From IMG/VR virus record IMGVR_UViG_3300002483_000039, positions 1 through 33,368 of that record: a DNA stretch of 33,368 nt; one strand, written 5' to 3'. Below are positions 14,623 to 24,801 of this stretch, in pieces. The notes beneath the pieces were generated by a model. That model saw only the letters and a program-made list of their open reading frames with translations, searched no databases and was not told where the DNA came from. The stretch is from a virus. Its lineage: Duplodnaviria > Caudoviricetes. The position numbers and the translations under genes were made by a program. Each line of letters starts with the position of its first letter. Position 1 is the stretch's first letter.

Positions 14623-17057
14623 TACGCCACCACCTGCGGTTTCTTAAATTTTTTTGATTCATAGAGATCCACTATACCACCCTCAGCGGCAGTGAAAAGA
14701 GGCATTCCCACTGACTCTAAGCTAGCCACGGTCCGCGGATTAATTGGGGTCGACAAAGGAGGGATAACATCGACCCCCTGTCCGCGGGACACTTGAGGAG
14801 AGGAAATATTAAAGGATTGTAAATCTTGTAAAGCTTCTTCTTGTTGCTTTTGATAATCAGGACCGAATCGATCTATTCCTGACTGCTGTATTTGTTGCTG
14901 AATACTTGGTTCTTGTAAATTGTAGTATTGACCAGCTACATCTAGATATTTTTGTAAATAATCAGTAGGCTCTGTTTCTGCTAATAAATAGAAGTTTAGT
15001 AAATCTCCACCTACGTTTCTGTAAATTTCATTCATCGGCTTGTCACTCTCTAAAGCTTTTAAGGCTGCCTTTAACGCATCAATTCCTTTTGGATCAAACA
15101 TTAAATTGGTCATCTTTTTTAATCCAGCGATTCTAATTAAGGCTTCCTTAGGATTAATAAAAGAAATGATAATATCTAAGATAGCTGCCTTAGGTTTAAC
15201 ATTGTTAAAGTTTACTCTTTGAATGTATTCGGTGATGTCTCCTAATCGATCTAATTCTTTTTCTGTAAATAAAACTTTTAGTCGTTCGTTTCCTACTTTT
15301 TCATTTAAATTATCTAGAAATTTATTAGGCTCAAATACTTCCTTTATGACTCGACCGACTTCAGCGGTGCTCATCTGGTTTAAATCTAAATCTTTAATAG
15401 CAGTTAAGGAATCTTCAAATACATCAGTAATAAATGATTTCTTAATATCTTGTATAACAGCCTCATTACCAGTTCCTCTCAGTAATTGAAAAGCGTAATC
15501 TATTTCTTCAGGTTCTAGTTTTTGAAATCTTTGTACAACGGATGCCTTACTTTTACTGGCACCAGGTGATATGAAATCTCTAATAAAACTGTTCTCTAAT
15601 TGATCAATGAGCTCTGAGTCTGCTTTGTATTGATCTCTCGCTACTTTTAAATTAGATGCAACCTCAGCGTTAATGGCATCGTCTACCCCGCCTATCTTCA
15701 ATCCTTGATCAAAGGACTCAATGGTGTCATTGAGAGCTCTACTATATGCTCCAAAAAGTTCTTTTGCTGGTCCCCTTTGAGCTGCTGTCTCTAAGTTTTT
15801 AAAAGCAGATCCCTTACCGTAGGATGCCTTACCAAAAATACTCATCTGTCTATTAAAGACTTCATAAGGTATTAAACCATTTTTTGCTTGTTTATTTAAA
15901 CTGTCTTGCCATTGAATTAAACTTTTGTAGAGAGTGTCATCTTGGTTTAGCTTAGCAGTCTCTTTCATTTCATCTAGTGTCTTGTTAATTTCTGTAATTT
16001 TGATAGTAGGAAGACCAGTGATGTCGACTTGTTTACCTGTACTGTCTGTTATAAATTTAGTTTGATTATATAACTTAGATGCGTTTGCGCTTCTAAGGTC
16101 TACAAAGCTGTCTAAAACTGATTTAAATGATCGTTGAATATCCGCTCCCAAGCTGACTCCAGTTCTAATTGCTTGAGGATCATTGGCAGCGTTATAGGAA
16201 GTTTGAATAAATTTTAATATTGCATTTTTAGCAGCGTTTAATTGTTCATCTGCTAAATCCATTGTTGCACCTCTAGTGAGATAATAACTTCTTAAAAAGT
16301 CTTCTATAGATTTTAATCCTGCGTCTCCTGATATTTCTCCAAAGGTTAGTTTACCTACCTTTTGTGTAAGTTCTTCTCCTCTCTCAAAAAAATCTTTACC
16401 CATCGCTCCTCTTTTTTCTAATGCCTTGAGCGCTTTATTAACAATAAAGTTTTTAACTCCAAGACGACTAAAAAAATCTATAACGACGTTTGCTCCAAAC
16501 TGACCACCAGCACCAAAAACACCCTCCGCTGCTATTTTTTTAAGTCTATCTCCAGCCTCTATTTCTGTTTCACCAGGTATAGTTTCTCCTATTGCTTGTA
16601 AGGCTGTTCCACCACCTATCGCGTAGAGACCTGCTAACCAAGGATTAGCTGTAAACATAGTAGGAGCAATTACAACAGCCTCACCTGATAACTCAGCAAC
16701 ATCTTTCATTTGAAATCCCTCAGGATTTAGTTCTACGTAAGTTTTACCAGGCGCCTCTCTAATAAAGAAATTACCATCGTTTCTTGCAATAACATTATTT
16801 TCTCCAAATATTTCTTTTAGAAAATTAAACTCTCCCACTGGAGATATATCACCCTTTAGATCCGCTCTGATTCTGTCGAAAAGAGAAACTTGATTTGATT
16901 CACCCTCTGGGAAAAGTTTAGCTCTTTGAATATCATCATTAAAAAGCAAATCTTGAAGTTTCATAAAATCCATCGGCTGCTCAACAGCTAATTGATAAGA
17001 GGATTTTTTATCTGATCCTTGCTCTAATGCCTCTTCTTTTGACTGTATTTGAACCAT
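14622..17057 (-). CDS. large internal virion / DNA ejection protein
   Basis: 811 aa, mostly helical, Gly/Ala-rich hydrophobic segments, C-terminal AAEGGIV; position typical of podovirus ejection proteins. Confidence 0.65.
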   Translation of the reverse strand: MVQIQSKEEALEQGSDKKSSYQLAVEQPMDFMKLQDLLFNDDIQRAKLFPEGESNQVSLFDRIRADLKGDISPVGEFNFLKEIFGENNVIARNDGNFFIREAPGKTYVELNPEGFQMKDVAELSGEAVVIAPTMFTANPWLAGLYAIGGGTALQAIGETIPGETEIEAGDRLKKIAAEGVFGAGGQFGANVVIDFFSRLGVKNFIVNKALKALEKRGAMGKDFFERGEELTQKVGKLTFGEISGDAGLKSIEDFLRSYYLTRGATMDLADEQLNAAKNAILKFIQTSYNAANDPQAIRTGVSLGADIQRSFKSVLDSFVDLRSANASKLYNQTKFITDSTGKQVDITGLPTIKITEINKTLDEMKETAKLNQDDTLYKSLIQWQDSLNKQAKNGLIPYEVFNRQMSIFGKASYGKGSAFKNLETAAQRGPAKELFGAYSRALNDTIESFDQGLKIGGVDDAINAEVASNLKVARDQYKADSELIDQLENSFIRDFISPGASKSKASVVQRFQKLEPEEIDYAFQLLRGTGNEAVIQDIKKSFITDVFEDSLTAIKDLDLNQMSTAEVGRVIKEVFEPNKFLDNLNEKVGNERLKVLFTEKELDRLGDITEYIQRVNFNNVKPKAAILDIIISFINPKEALIRIAGLKKMTNLMFDPKGIDALKAALKALESDKPMNEIYRNVGGDLLNFYLLAETEPTDYLQKYLDVAGQYYNLQEPSIQQQIQQSGIDRFGPDYQKQQEEALQDLQSFNISSPQVSRGQGVDVIPPLSTPINPRTVASLESVGMPLFTAAEGGIVDLYESKKFKKPQVVA

Positions 17058-17058
17058 T

Positions 17059-18996
17059 TTAATCTATCCTTGGGTTGGGGTTAGGATTAAAAGCAGATTC
17101 ATCGAAGGCATCTGTAGATCCTCCCTGTAAGATACCAAAACCTTCCCCTGAAAACATTTTTTCATAATCTGGAATACTGAAATCTATTATTACAGCTTCT
17201 TTTCTAATACCGTATAAATCAGCTAAGTCTTGGAATTGTTTTACCATTCTCTGATTACCTTGTAACCCAGACTCATACAACTCTTTTGTTTTGGTTAAGA
17301 AATCTGATCTTTGAGGATCGGTCAAGGTTTTACCTTCCCAGACGGTGGAGATTTTATCGAAGTCAATACCGAGTCTAGTTAATAGTGGAGCTGCGTTGGC
17401 TGCATTTTGGAATTCTGACTCACGAACAGTAGACTGAGGATCTAGCATTTTCATGAAGTTAAAGATCAAAGATAAATCACCCGCAGGAGAAGGGTTTTGT
17501 CCAGCCTTGACTATCTTTGTAAAAGAATCTGATTGAACAATAAAGTTTTTACTGTTTTTGGTGAACTCTGATCTTAAAGTATTTTCTTGAGAGTTTTTGT
17601 CTTTTTCAGATAAACCTGCTGCTTTTGTTTGATTATTTTTTAACCACTCACTTGGATCTAGTCTTATCTGTGCTTTATCTTCTACAGATAAATTAGGAAG
17701 AGTTAATAAAGTACTAATAGAGTTGAGTTTTGCTTTTTCAGCAGTGTTTTCCATATTTAATAAATCTATTTTATCGTAGTAAGCGTCTATTTGATCAGGT
17801 CTTGGTAATCCTGAATACTCTCCAACACTAAATCCTGTAAAACCATCTGTTATGAATTTTTCTTTAGAAAAAATTTGTTTAACAGCTTCATCTCCTATCT
17901 TTGCTCTTGCATCAAAAAATAATTTTTTTCTGTCTGTTTCCTCTTGCACCGCCTGTGTTAGTCCCGCCTTTACATAAGGATCTTTCATTGAGGATATATT
18001 AATCCCTAATTTAGCCACTTCGGTAGCTATATCTTTTGCTATGTCCTCTGTTTCTGCTTCAGGATCTAAAAGAGTTGATCCTATTTGAAGTAAAGTGGGA
18101 GCGGCAGCCAGTCTTGCTTTGTCTTTTAAATTAGCTTGCTCCAAATACATATCAGTTAATTCTTTACCTCTTTCAGAGATATTTATGGGAGTTTGATTAA
18201 CTCCATACATATCTAATATTGAGTTCATCACAACAGGGTTAACTGCTAAATTGTCAGCAAAAATTCCAGTGTTTGCTCTAACAATTCCATCACTCATCGG
18301 TTGATTTAATTGAGCAGAGGCTGTTGGCATCATGTCTTGTGCCTGCTGTGTAGCTCCAATGCCTTGTTGTTCTTGTAATTCAAATACGGGTTGCACTAAA
18401 GCGAGAACAGATAAAGGCGTGTCTTGAGCATCTCGCTCTCCAACAACTCCCGCTAACTCCTGTACTCTTCCCTCCATAGGAACATCATCGCCTCTAATCT
18501 CATTCATTAATTGAACATACTGCTCAGGAGAAACTTTAGCGATACCATCGGAAGTGGGATCTGCTGGAGGTGTCTCTCTATTTAATCCATCGGCAATACC
18601 AACGGCGTCAGATTCTTCTCCCTCCATAGGAGAACCCTCTTGTCTATATTTTAAACTGTCAAGATATCTTTGTTCGGTAGGATCTAGTTCAAAGTTTCCT
18701 TCAGGAATAACCATTCCCTCTTTTTCTTTTACTAATTTATAGTTTGTAAACTCATTGAGAAGACCACTAAGCATACTAAAGTTATCTGGTGTATTTCCTT
18801 GTAAAAGAATATCCAAGATACCTTGCCCTCTGTCTCCATAAACATCTAATAAGAAGTTTTGAAACTCAGGATCAATAACTCTCTTTGCATAGCTATCCAT
18901 TTCAGGTTTTTGTTTCATTTGAATATCAAAATCATACATCTCTCCTGTCATCGGAGAACCTTGTTGACGAAACATTACTCTATTTAGTACTGGCAT
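17059..18996 (-). CDS. internal virion / DNA transfer protein
   Basis: AGDLSLIFNFMKMLDPQSTVRESEF motif recalled from phage DNA-transfer proteins; position in the ejection block. Confidence 0.65.
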   Translation of the reverse strand: MPVLNRVMFRQQGSPMTGEMYDFDIQMKQKPEMDSYAKRVIDPEFQNFLLDVYGDRGQGILDILLQGNTPDNFSMLSGLLNEFTNYKLVKEKEGMVIPEGNFELDPTEQRYLDSLKYRQEGSPMEGEESDAVGIADGLNRETPPADPTSDGIAKVSPEQYVQLMNEIRGDDVPMEGRVQELAGVVGERDAQDTPLSVLALVQPVFELQEQQGIGATQQAQDMMPTASAQLNQPMSDGIVRANTGIFADNLAVNPVVMNSILDMYGVNQTPINISERGKELTDMYLEQANLKDKARLAAAPTLLQIGSTLLDPEAETEDIAKDIATEVAKLGINISSMKDPYVKAGLTQAVQEETDRKKLFFDARAKIGDEAVKQIFSKEKFITDGFTGFSVGEYSGLPRPDQIDAYYDKIDLLNMENTAEKAKLNSISTLLTLPNLSVEDKAQIRLDPSEWLKNNQTKAAGLSEKDKNSQENTLRSEFTKNSKNFIVQSDSFTKIVKAGQNPSPAGDLSLIFNFMKMLDPQSTVRESEFQNAANAAPLLTRLGIDFDKISTVWEGKTLTDPQRSDFLTKTKELYESGLQGNQRMVKQFQDLADLYGIRKEAVIIDFSIPDYEKMFSGEGFGILQGGSTDAFDESAFNPNPNPRID

Positions 18997-19904
18997 TAGA
19001 ATAGTCCCTGCAATCCGCTAAGACCTGATAACGCACCTAAACCGAGTGCGCCGTAGCCCGCAATTGTTCTTAAAGGAGACATACTACTTGTTGCCGCTGG
19101 AGCGGTGCTTGTTTGAATTGTTTGTGTACTTGTTGGTGCTCCCTGATAAATATCTGATAGGAAACCGACTCTCTGATATGGCTCATACATTTGTGCTAAA
19201 GCGTTTTGTCTTGCCACATCTAAACTTGACTGAGCTTGCTGCTGTCCGAGTGCACCTAATCCTAGTAAAGTATTAATATCCTGTGTGCCCGCTTGCTGTC
19301 CTGTAATTCCTAATTGAGCTTGCTGTGCTCCAAAGGCTCCATACTGAGGAGCTAAGGCGCCTAATCCTGCGGCGGATGTCTGCTGTCTTTGACCTAATTG
19401 TTGTTGTGCGTTAAGGAAAGCTTGAGCTTGTGCCTGAGCTAATGCGGAGGCACGATTTCTCTCTAATTCTGCTTGTGCAATACCCTCTCTATCACCACCA
19501 AATGCACCCGCTTGAATTGCTTTTGCTGCTTGACCTTGTTGAGCAATATTGTAGGCACGATTAATCTCATCTTGAACTGCCTGCTGATAGGGATTCATGA
19601 AAGGCTGTATTTCTTCCATGGTCGGAGCACGACCAATATCAGTGTAAGCTTGTGCGGCTTGACCGAGTGTACCCAGTCCCGCTGCCTGTGATTGCAGTGC
19701 AGAAGCTAAATAAGGCTGATACGCTCCAATTCCCTGAGAACCCAGTTGAATGGCTTGTAATTGTTCGGGAGTAAGACCTGCTACCTGTTGTGCTGGTAAA
19801 GTTAAAGGCTGATCTGCTAATGCCTTAGCAGTATCCATTAGTCCTAGTCTTCTTGCTTCGATATCTGGTGCTTCTCTTTGTAAATATTCAGTTGTTGTTA
19901 CCAT
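18996..19904 (-). CDS. Gln/Ala-rich DNA pilot/ejection protein
   Basis: Q/A/G-rich helical repeats, FMNPYQQAV, AGAFGG.R, hydrophobic Gly-Leu C-terminus. Confidence 0.7.
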   Translation of the reverse strand: MVTTTEYLQREAPDIEARRLGLMDTAKALADQPLTLPAQQVAGLTPEQLQAIQLGSQGIGAYQPYLASALQSQAAGLGTLGQAAQAYTDIGRAPTMEEIQPFMNPYQQAVQDEINRAYNIAQQGQAAKAIQAGAFGGDREGIAQAELERNRASALAQAQAQAFLNAQQQLGQRQQTSAAGLGALAPQYGAFGAQQAQLGITGQQAGTQDINTLLGLGALGQQQAQSSLDVARQNALAQMYEPYQRVGFLSDIYQGAPTSTQTIQTSTAPAATSSMSPLRTIAGYGALGLGALSGLSGLQGLF

Positions 19905-21004
19905 TACGCCATCCCTATACTTTGTTGTGATAAACTACCACCTTTTTCTAAACTTTTCATCATTTGATACATCTTTTTCGCTCCCGCTTTCCGCGAGCCG
20001 CCACCCGCATTTCGAACTGCCTTGGCAGTCATCACAAATTCACCATCCGATAACATTGCAGGAATGTCATCAGAAGTTCCCGTTCCAGCTCCTGCAATCT
20101 CTCCGATGCGTTTTGGATGCTCTCTGACTTTACCATCAGAGTGCTTAATTCGCTGTCCACTGTTTTGAACTCCCCCTGTCACCTCACCGCCGTCAGCGGA
20201 TAGATAAATGCCAGGATCATATCCCTGTGGTCCTGTGATATCTAATAGCTGATACTTTGTTGGATCATCGTAGTAATACTCATTGGGAATATAGGAACTA
20301 TAGAAAGTATCATCGTACTCTTCTTCTTCTTCTGGTTTTGTCATTAAAGAAGTCAATCCTAACGCTGTTGCTCCAGCGGGTAAAAACTGTCCTACAATAC
20401 CTCTCTTTACTTTTTCAGGAACAATACCTAACTGCTTGTTTAAGGTTGCTCTACTTAAAAGATTTTCTTGAATCATGTCTTTTGTCAAACCCTCACCAAC
20501 AATAGGATATTGCTCTTCTATTGCTTGAGATAGTAGAGCCATGTCATCTGTAAACTTCGGATTAGTTTTGAACTGAGATGCCTCACTTAAAGGATTTAGT
20601 CTTGACTTCATTACTTTATCGTATGCACTGCTGATACCTGTCACCTGACCGCTGTCAGCGGGTGTCTTAATATCTGGAGTAATACCAAATGCGCCTTGCT
20701 TAAAACCTTGACCAAAGGTTGCTCCCTCAGGTCTCATCATTGCACCTCTCAGTCCTCCGATTCCTACCTGTAATGCTAAATCTTTTGCAACGTCAACTGG
20801 CTTTTTACCAGCGGCTAAATTTATTCCAGCTCCTAGTGCGTATTGATAAGGTAAAGGTATACCTGTGAAAGGTAGTATGTAAGGAGCAATTGGTGCAACC
20901 TTTCTGGCTACATCACCAACCACATCTTTGACGTTTTGAAAGAAGTCACCGACTAGTGATCCGAGACCAAACTCATTAATCTGTGTGTACTCCATATTCT
21001 GCAT
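19904..21004 (-). CDS. internal virion protein
   Basis: EFGLGS...KVAPIAP N-terminus; G.GTGTSDDIPAMLSDGEFVMTAKAV C-terminal motif. Confidence 0.7.
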   Translation of the reverse strand: MQNMEYTQINEFGLGSLVGDFFQNVKDVVGDVARKVAPIAPYILPFTGIPLPYQYALGAGINLAAGKKPVDVAKDLALQVGIGGLRGAMMRPEGATFGQGFKQGAFGITPDIKTPADSGQVTGISSAYDKVMKSRLNPLSEASQFKTNPKFTDDMALLSQAIEEQYPIVGEGLTKDMIQENLLSRATLNKQLGIVPEKVKRGIVGQFLPAGATALGLTSLMTKPEEEEEYDDTFYSSYIPNEYYYDDPTKYQLLDITGPQGYDPGIYLSADGGEVTGGVQNSGQRIKHSDGKVREHPKRIGEIAGAGTGTSDDIPAMLSDGEFVMTAKAVRNAGGGSRKAGAKKMYQMMKSLEKGGSLSQQSIGMA

Positions 21005-21010
21005 TTTTTT

Positions 21011-21262
21011 TTACTCTGGCAACGTATGTGCTCCTGCAAATACATTGGGAGCTGTTACGTGAACATCTCTTCTAATATCTGCTTCTGTTGTTTCTGTGTT
21101 AGGATCATCAATATCAGCTTGACACTCCTCATGTGAATTATACTCTTGACCTGTTCTTGTGTTTGTGACGGTAGTCTCTACTTTTGCACTGTAAACAGGA
21201 ACATTTTTACCGTCAATTACGTCATAACGTAATATTTTCGGTTCATCTACAATTTTCGCCAT
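21011..21262 (-). CDS. conserved small protein of the virion module
   Basis: TNTRTGQEY.S..E..ADI.DPNT.T....IRRDV pattern. Confidence 0.75.
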   Translation of the reverse strand: MAKIVDEPKILRYDVIDGKNVPVYSAKVETTVTNTRTGQEYNSHEECQADIDDPNTETTEADIRRDVHVTAPNVFAGAHTLPE

Positions 21263-21297
21263 ATTATAGTTTTATAGTCGAAAAACTAAGAAATCAA
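21263..21297 (-). promoter_or_regulatory. sigma70-like leaderless promoter
   Basis: TTGATT-17-TAAAAC-6-ATG(21262). Confidence 0.55.
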
Positions 21298-21301
21298 CCG
21301 A

Positions 21302-21658
21302 TTATTGTTGTTGTTTAACTTCTAAAACGGATACTTCAACCATTGCTCTTGATGATGCGTTAGCTTGTAGTTTCATGGCATCTCCCTCTTGATAAACCAT
21401 AGAGGTTGAAATAGTGTTTGTGTCTGACGCTGATACGTCTACTTGAAAAATTTGTAAATCGTTACTTCCGTCATTGTGATCAATATTCACAGTTACTGCG
21501 CTAGATCCATCATAGTTGTGTGTGTTAATAGATTTAACTATAAATGTTGACACTGGTGTGGGTGGCGTAGCTGCTACATTTGCAGTAGGCACCGTAAATA
21601 TAGTTGTTAAATCTGTTGTTGTCAGATTTGCAATAAATCTCCTAAATACGTCAGCCAC
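21302..21658 (-). CDS. small beta-sandwich virion protein
   Basis: Thr/Val-rich, IFTVP...FIVKSI...YQEGDAMK...VSVLE; GTG start overlapping the upstream gene. Confidence 0.75.
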   Translation of the reverse strand: MADVFRRFIANLTTTDLTTIFTVPTANVAATPPTPVSTFIVKSINTHNYDGSSAVTVNIDHNDGSNDLQIFQVDVSASDTNTISTSMVYQEGDAMKLQANASSRAMVEVSVLEVKQQQ

Positions 21659-21821
21659 TAAAGAACCATGCCCTTCTTGTAGACTCTTCTTGTGTATCTT
21701 GAGTATACTGTGTATTTAATTGTTGCACCATCTCTTCTAATTGTCTTATTAATTCTGCAGCCTGTGCTGCGTCGTACTCAGATCTTGGATCAGGAAATCG
21801 TTGTAATGTTAATTTAGCCAT
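21651..21821 (-). CDS. small coiled-coil virion protein, 56 aa, not in ORF track
   Basis: GAGG SD; MAKLTLQRFPDPRSEYDAAQAAELIRQLEEMVQQLNTQYTQDTQEESTRRAWFFSG; fills the gap and overlaps both neighbours. Confidence 0.75.
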   Translation of the reverse strand: MAKLTLQRFPDPRSEYDAAQAAELIRQLEEMVQQLNTQYTQDTQEESTRRAWFFSG

Positions 21822-22147
21822 TCTTCATCCTCTTTAGGTACTCCATTTTTAACATGTAGTTTATATTCCTTTTCATCGTTAGATATTAATGATTCAATCA
21901 ATGTATAATACAATATATTATGTGTTTCATTTTTTAAAGTAATCTCGTTTTCTAATTTAAAGTTTTGATGCACCCATTCTTTAGGATGTTTAATTATTAA
22001 ATGTAAAAAACCTGGAGTCAAAGAAATTTCAGATTTAGGTTTCATTCTTATGTATTTTTTATCACCATAAAAGGCATGTATATTTTCATAATTTGTTCTT
22101 CGATAAGGCTTGGATCTCCAATCTTGTAATATTTCAAAAGGTTTCAT
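21809..22147 (-). CDS. hypothetical AT-rich protein
   Basis: TAATG-coupled to the nozzle gene; composition differs from flanking structural genes. Confidence 0.65.
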   Translation of the reverse strand: MKPFEILQDWRSKPYRRTNYENIHAFYGDKKYIRMKPKSEISLTPGFLHLIIKHPKEWVHQNFKLENEITLKNETHNILYYTLIESLISNDEKEYKLHVKNGVPKEDEEWLN

Positions 22148-23973
22148 TATCTTCTACCATCTGGTTGTACATCAAAACGTTGTGTACCTAATCTCCAAGC
22201 AGTGCCTGTGGTATTAGATACGACATTAACAGTAAATTCTCTACCTCTGCCACGTAAACTTACAAATTCTGTTGCATCAGTAAAAGTAGCTGTCTTAATA
22301 GTGCTTGTGCTAGTGTTTGGATAATTTTTAAATTCTAACTTAAAGTTTAAGGTGCCTGCTTGATTTTGAACATCAGGTATAAGTTTTTGAACAAACAACA
22401 TATCATTACCTTCACCTATCTCAACAGATCCTGATTTGACAAAAGCTGTCATTGCTGTTCCGTCTGCGTCATTACCTGTTTCGTGTAAGAACATTTGTGT
22501 TGCACCATCTGTTAGGCCAGAGATTGTTTCATTATTGGCCGTGGTCGTTGGTAAGTAATCTGATGCCACAGGGTTCTCATAAACTTCTCTGTCAATCCAA
22601 GTCGTTCTATCTAAAGTTCCCGTCCACCAAGTTTGCTCTAAATAATTATAGGCGACAACAGCGTTAATTGTATCCGATCCTGTTCTTGGGTAAAACCACA
22701 TAATTTCATTAAACTCACCATTATGACCAACAAAAGCATTTTCAGCACCAGTAACATTAAGATTATCAAAAACAAATTGTTCCACAGTGCATGGTAATTT
22801 TTTTACTGTACCATCAAAGAGAAAGAATGAGTCTTGAGACATCCAGTACGCCACACCATTTAAATCAAGACCTGCATGTATACCTACGATACCACAATTC
22901 TGTCCAAGTTGTCTTAAACCAAATGTAAAAGGCGGGCCAATAAATTGCATTGCGTGTAATGACGTATCAGTCCAAACTAATAATTGACCTCTAGATCTTT
23001 CAGCAGCCACTATACGTGAACCGTCAGCTATTCTCAATGAACCTGCTGTATTTTCTGCGGTAGGTTGATAAGTGGTAATATCTTCTTGATCAGAGAATCT
23101 AATTAATAAATCATCTTGTGAACCTGTTGTGCCAATCGTGTTTTCTGTTCCCATAAATACTAAATGTCTGTCGGGTGTAGAGACTAAACTCAATCTAGAT
23201 GCTGTTGGTGCACCTGATATTGCTGCAGCTCTTGTGCCAACACCAGTTGAAGTATCCCATTTAAAGGCACCACCATTTAGAACGGTTGCAATTAAATCTT
23301 CACCAAAGTTATCTAATGACCATTGTCTTGCCTCCAAAGTTACGTTTGATGTAGATCTTGGTGTGCCCCAAGTAGATACGTTCCATGCGTCTGTGCCCCA
23401 ACCAAAAGCTGAAACAGATGTTTCAGGACCAATACTGATTTGATATTTTGCATTACCTGAACCTCCACCTCCAGATGTAGATCCTGAAGCAGCAGCAGTG
23501 GTGGTAACAACATAAGCATTATTATTAGCCACTGAGGTAATCTCAAACTCTTTGTTCATATCGAGACCATCAATAGTAGAGAAAGAATCAAAGGTTACAA
23601 AATCACCTTTTTGTGCACCATGAGAAGTATCGGTCACTACCACTGAAGTAGTAGCATTAGTAGTAAATGGGTTAGTTAGGGCTTGAGTCTCTCTTATTGG
23701 AGTAATGTCATAAGCTCTACCCTCTTCAATTACATATAATTTTCTATCAGTGCCAACGGCGTTATACCTTGTGCCATCTAAGGATACCCAAGCATGTTGA
23801 TCACGAGCGACACCTACCAAAGTTGTAGAGATAAATTTCTCCCATCCTTTGATTTTTTGTGGCAATCCTTGAAAAAAGCGTACATTATCACCGTCTGTCC
23901 ACTTGCCTTCGCCTGTGTAGTCGGTTACTTCTTTGTTAATGCCTGGTGCTGGTCTAAAATTTACTAATGGCAT
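22147..23973 (-). CDS. tail nozzle / stabilisation protein (tail tubular B or P22 gp10-like)
   Basis: 608 aa, beta-rich; GKWTDGDNVRF, WSLDNFGEDLIA, IRFSDQED, WRLG..RFDVQPDGRR; position between fibres and ejection proteins. Confidence 0.75.
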   Translation of the reverse strand: MPLVNFRPAPGINKEVTDYTGEGKWTDGDNVRFFQGLPQKIKGWEKFISTTLVGVARDQHAWVSLDGTRYNAVGTDRKLYVIEEGRAYDITPIRETQALTNPFTTNATTSVVVTDTSHGAQKGDFVTFDSFSTIDGLDMNKEFEITSVANNNAYVVTTTAAASGSTSGGGGSGNAKYQISIGPETSVSAFGWGTDAWNVSTWGTPRSTSNVTLEARQWSLDNFGEDLIATVLNGGAFKWDTSTGVGTRAAAISGAPTASRLSLVSTPDRHLVFMGTENTIGTTGSQDDLLIRFSDQEDITTYQPTAENTAGSLRIADGSRIVAAERSRGQLLVWTDTSLHAMQFIGPPFTFGLRQLGQNCGIVGIHAGLDLNGVAYWMSQDSFFLFDGTVKKLPCTVEQFVFDNLNVTGAENAFVGHNGEFNEIMWFYPRTGSDTINAVVAYNYLEQTWWTGTLDRTTWIDREVYENPVASDYLPTTTANNETISGLTDGATQMFLHETGNDADGTAMTAFVKSGSVEIGEGNDMLFVQKLIPDVQNQAGTLNFKLEFKNYPNTSTSTIKTATFTDATEFVSLRGRGREFTVNVVSNTTGTAWRLGTQRFDVQPDGRR

Positions 23974-24008
23974 TGTGCCAATATATATAAATTACTCTTT
24001 TTTAGCAA
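23974..24008 (-). promoter_or_regulatory. sigma70-like leaderless promoter
   Basis: TTGCTA-17-TATATT-6-ATG(23973). Confidence 0.6.
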
Positions 24009-24792
24009 CCAATGTTCCTACATGACCTTTAAATGCTCTATTACCAAAGTGCGTTAAAGGCATCCCTAAATCTGCCCATATCTCACCACCACACTCTTGC
24101 CACAATCTGGAAAAATAATAATCTTCAGATAAGTATCTAATTTGATTTTTAGTTTTGTAAGGACCAACAGCAAATAAATCATAGCAATTATCTGATTTAA
24201 AATATCCTCCATTAACTATTTGATCAGATTCATATTTTCGTTCTGGAAACTTTTTCATCATAGTACGAAGCACCTCTCTTTTTACTAGCATCATACCCGT
24301 GGCTGCTTCGTTTACTTTAAAAAATCCATTCTCTCCTTTAAGATTTAAAGGATCATCAAAGTTAACATTATAACCTAAGGCTTTAGCTTCTAGCTCATCA
24401 GGTGTTGCGTTCGGGTTGTCTTCTAATATTTGCTTCATTTTTTCTAAATACAAATGTTTTCGAGGATAAATACCACATACAACATCTTTATCTGCACATA
24501 GCAACCTTTCAACATTTTTCCAACTAAAACCAATGTCGGCGTCTACAAATAATAAATGTGTTGCTACATAATCTGTTTCATCCATCATCATAGATACAAT
24601 CGTGTTTCGAGCACGTGTAATTAAACTTTCATTACCCATGGACTGAAATCTTAGTCCTACTTTTTTTGACATGCTCCATTGTTGTAATTCCAATAATCCA
24701 TGAACCGTAGCCTCTGCAACCATTCCACCATACATAGGCATTCCAAGATATATTTTAAAATTTTTGTCTTTAAGTTCTTCTGGTTTGATCAT
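23992..24792 (-). CDS. GT-A fold glycosyltransferase (Anp1/GT2-like)
   Basis: ESLITRARN, THLLFVDADI (DxD), ATGMMLVKREV, YLSEDYYF, LTHFG. Confidence 0.85.
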   Translation of the reverse strand: MIKPEELKDKNFKIYLGMPMYGGMVAEATVHGLLELQQWSMSKKVGLRFQSMGNESLITRARNTIVSMMMDETDYVATHLLFVDADIGFSWKNVERLLCADKDVVCGIYPRKHLYLEKMKQILEDNPNATPDELEAKALGYNVNFDDPLNLKGENGFFKVNEAATGMMLVKREVLRTMMKKFPERKYESDQIVNGGYFKSDNCYDLFAVGPYKTKNQIRYLSEDYYFSRLWQECGGEIWADLGMPLTHFGNRAFKGHVGTLVAKKE

Positions 24793-24801
24793 TTTTTATC
24801 C

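Noticed and set aside
21640-21670. Programmed frameshift fusing the 56-aa and 118-aa tail genes
   Set aside because: No canonical slippery heptamer; a simple GTG start overlap explains the junction
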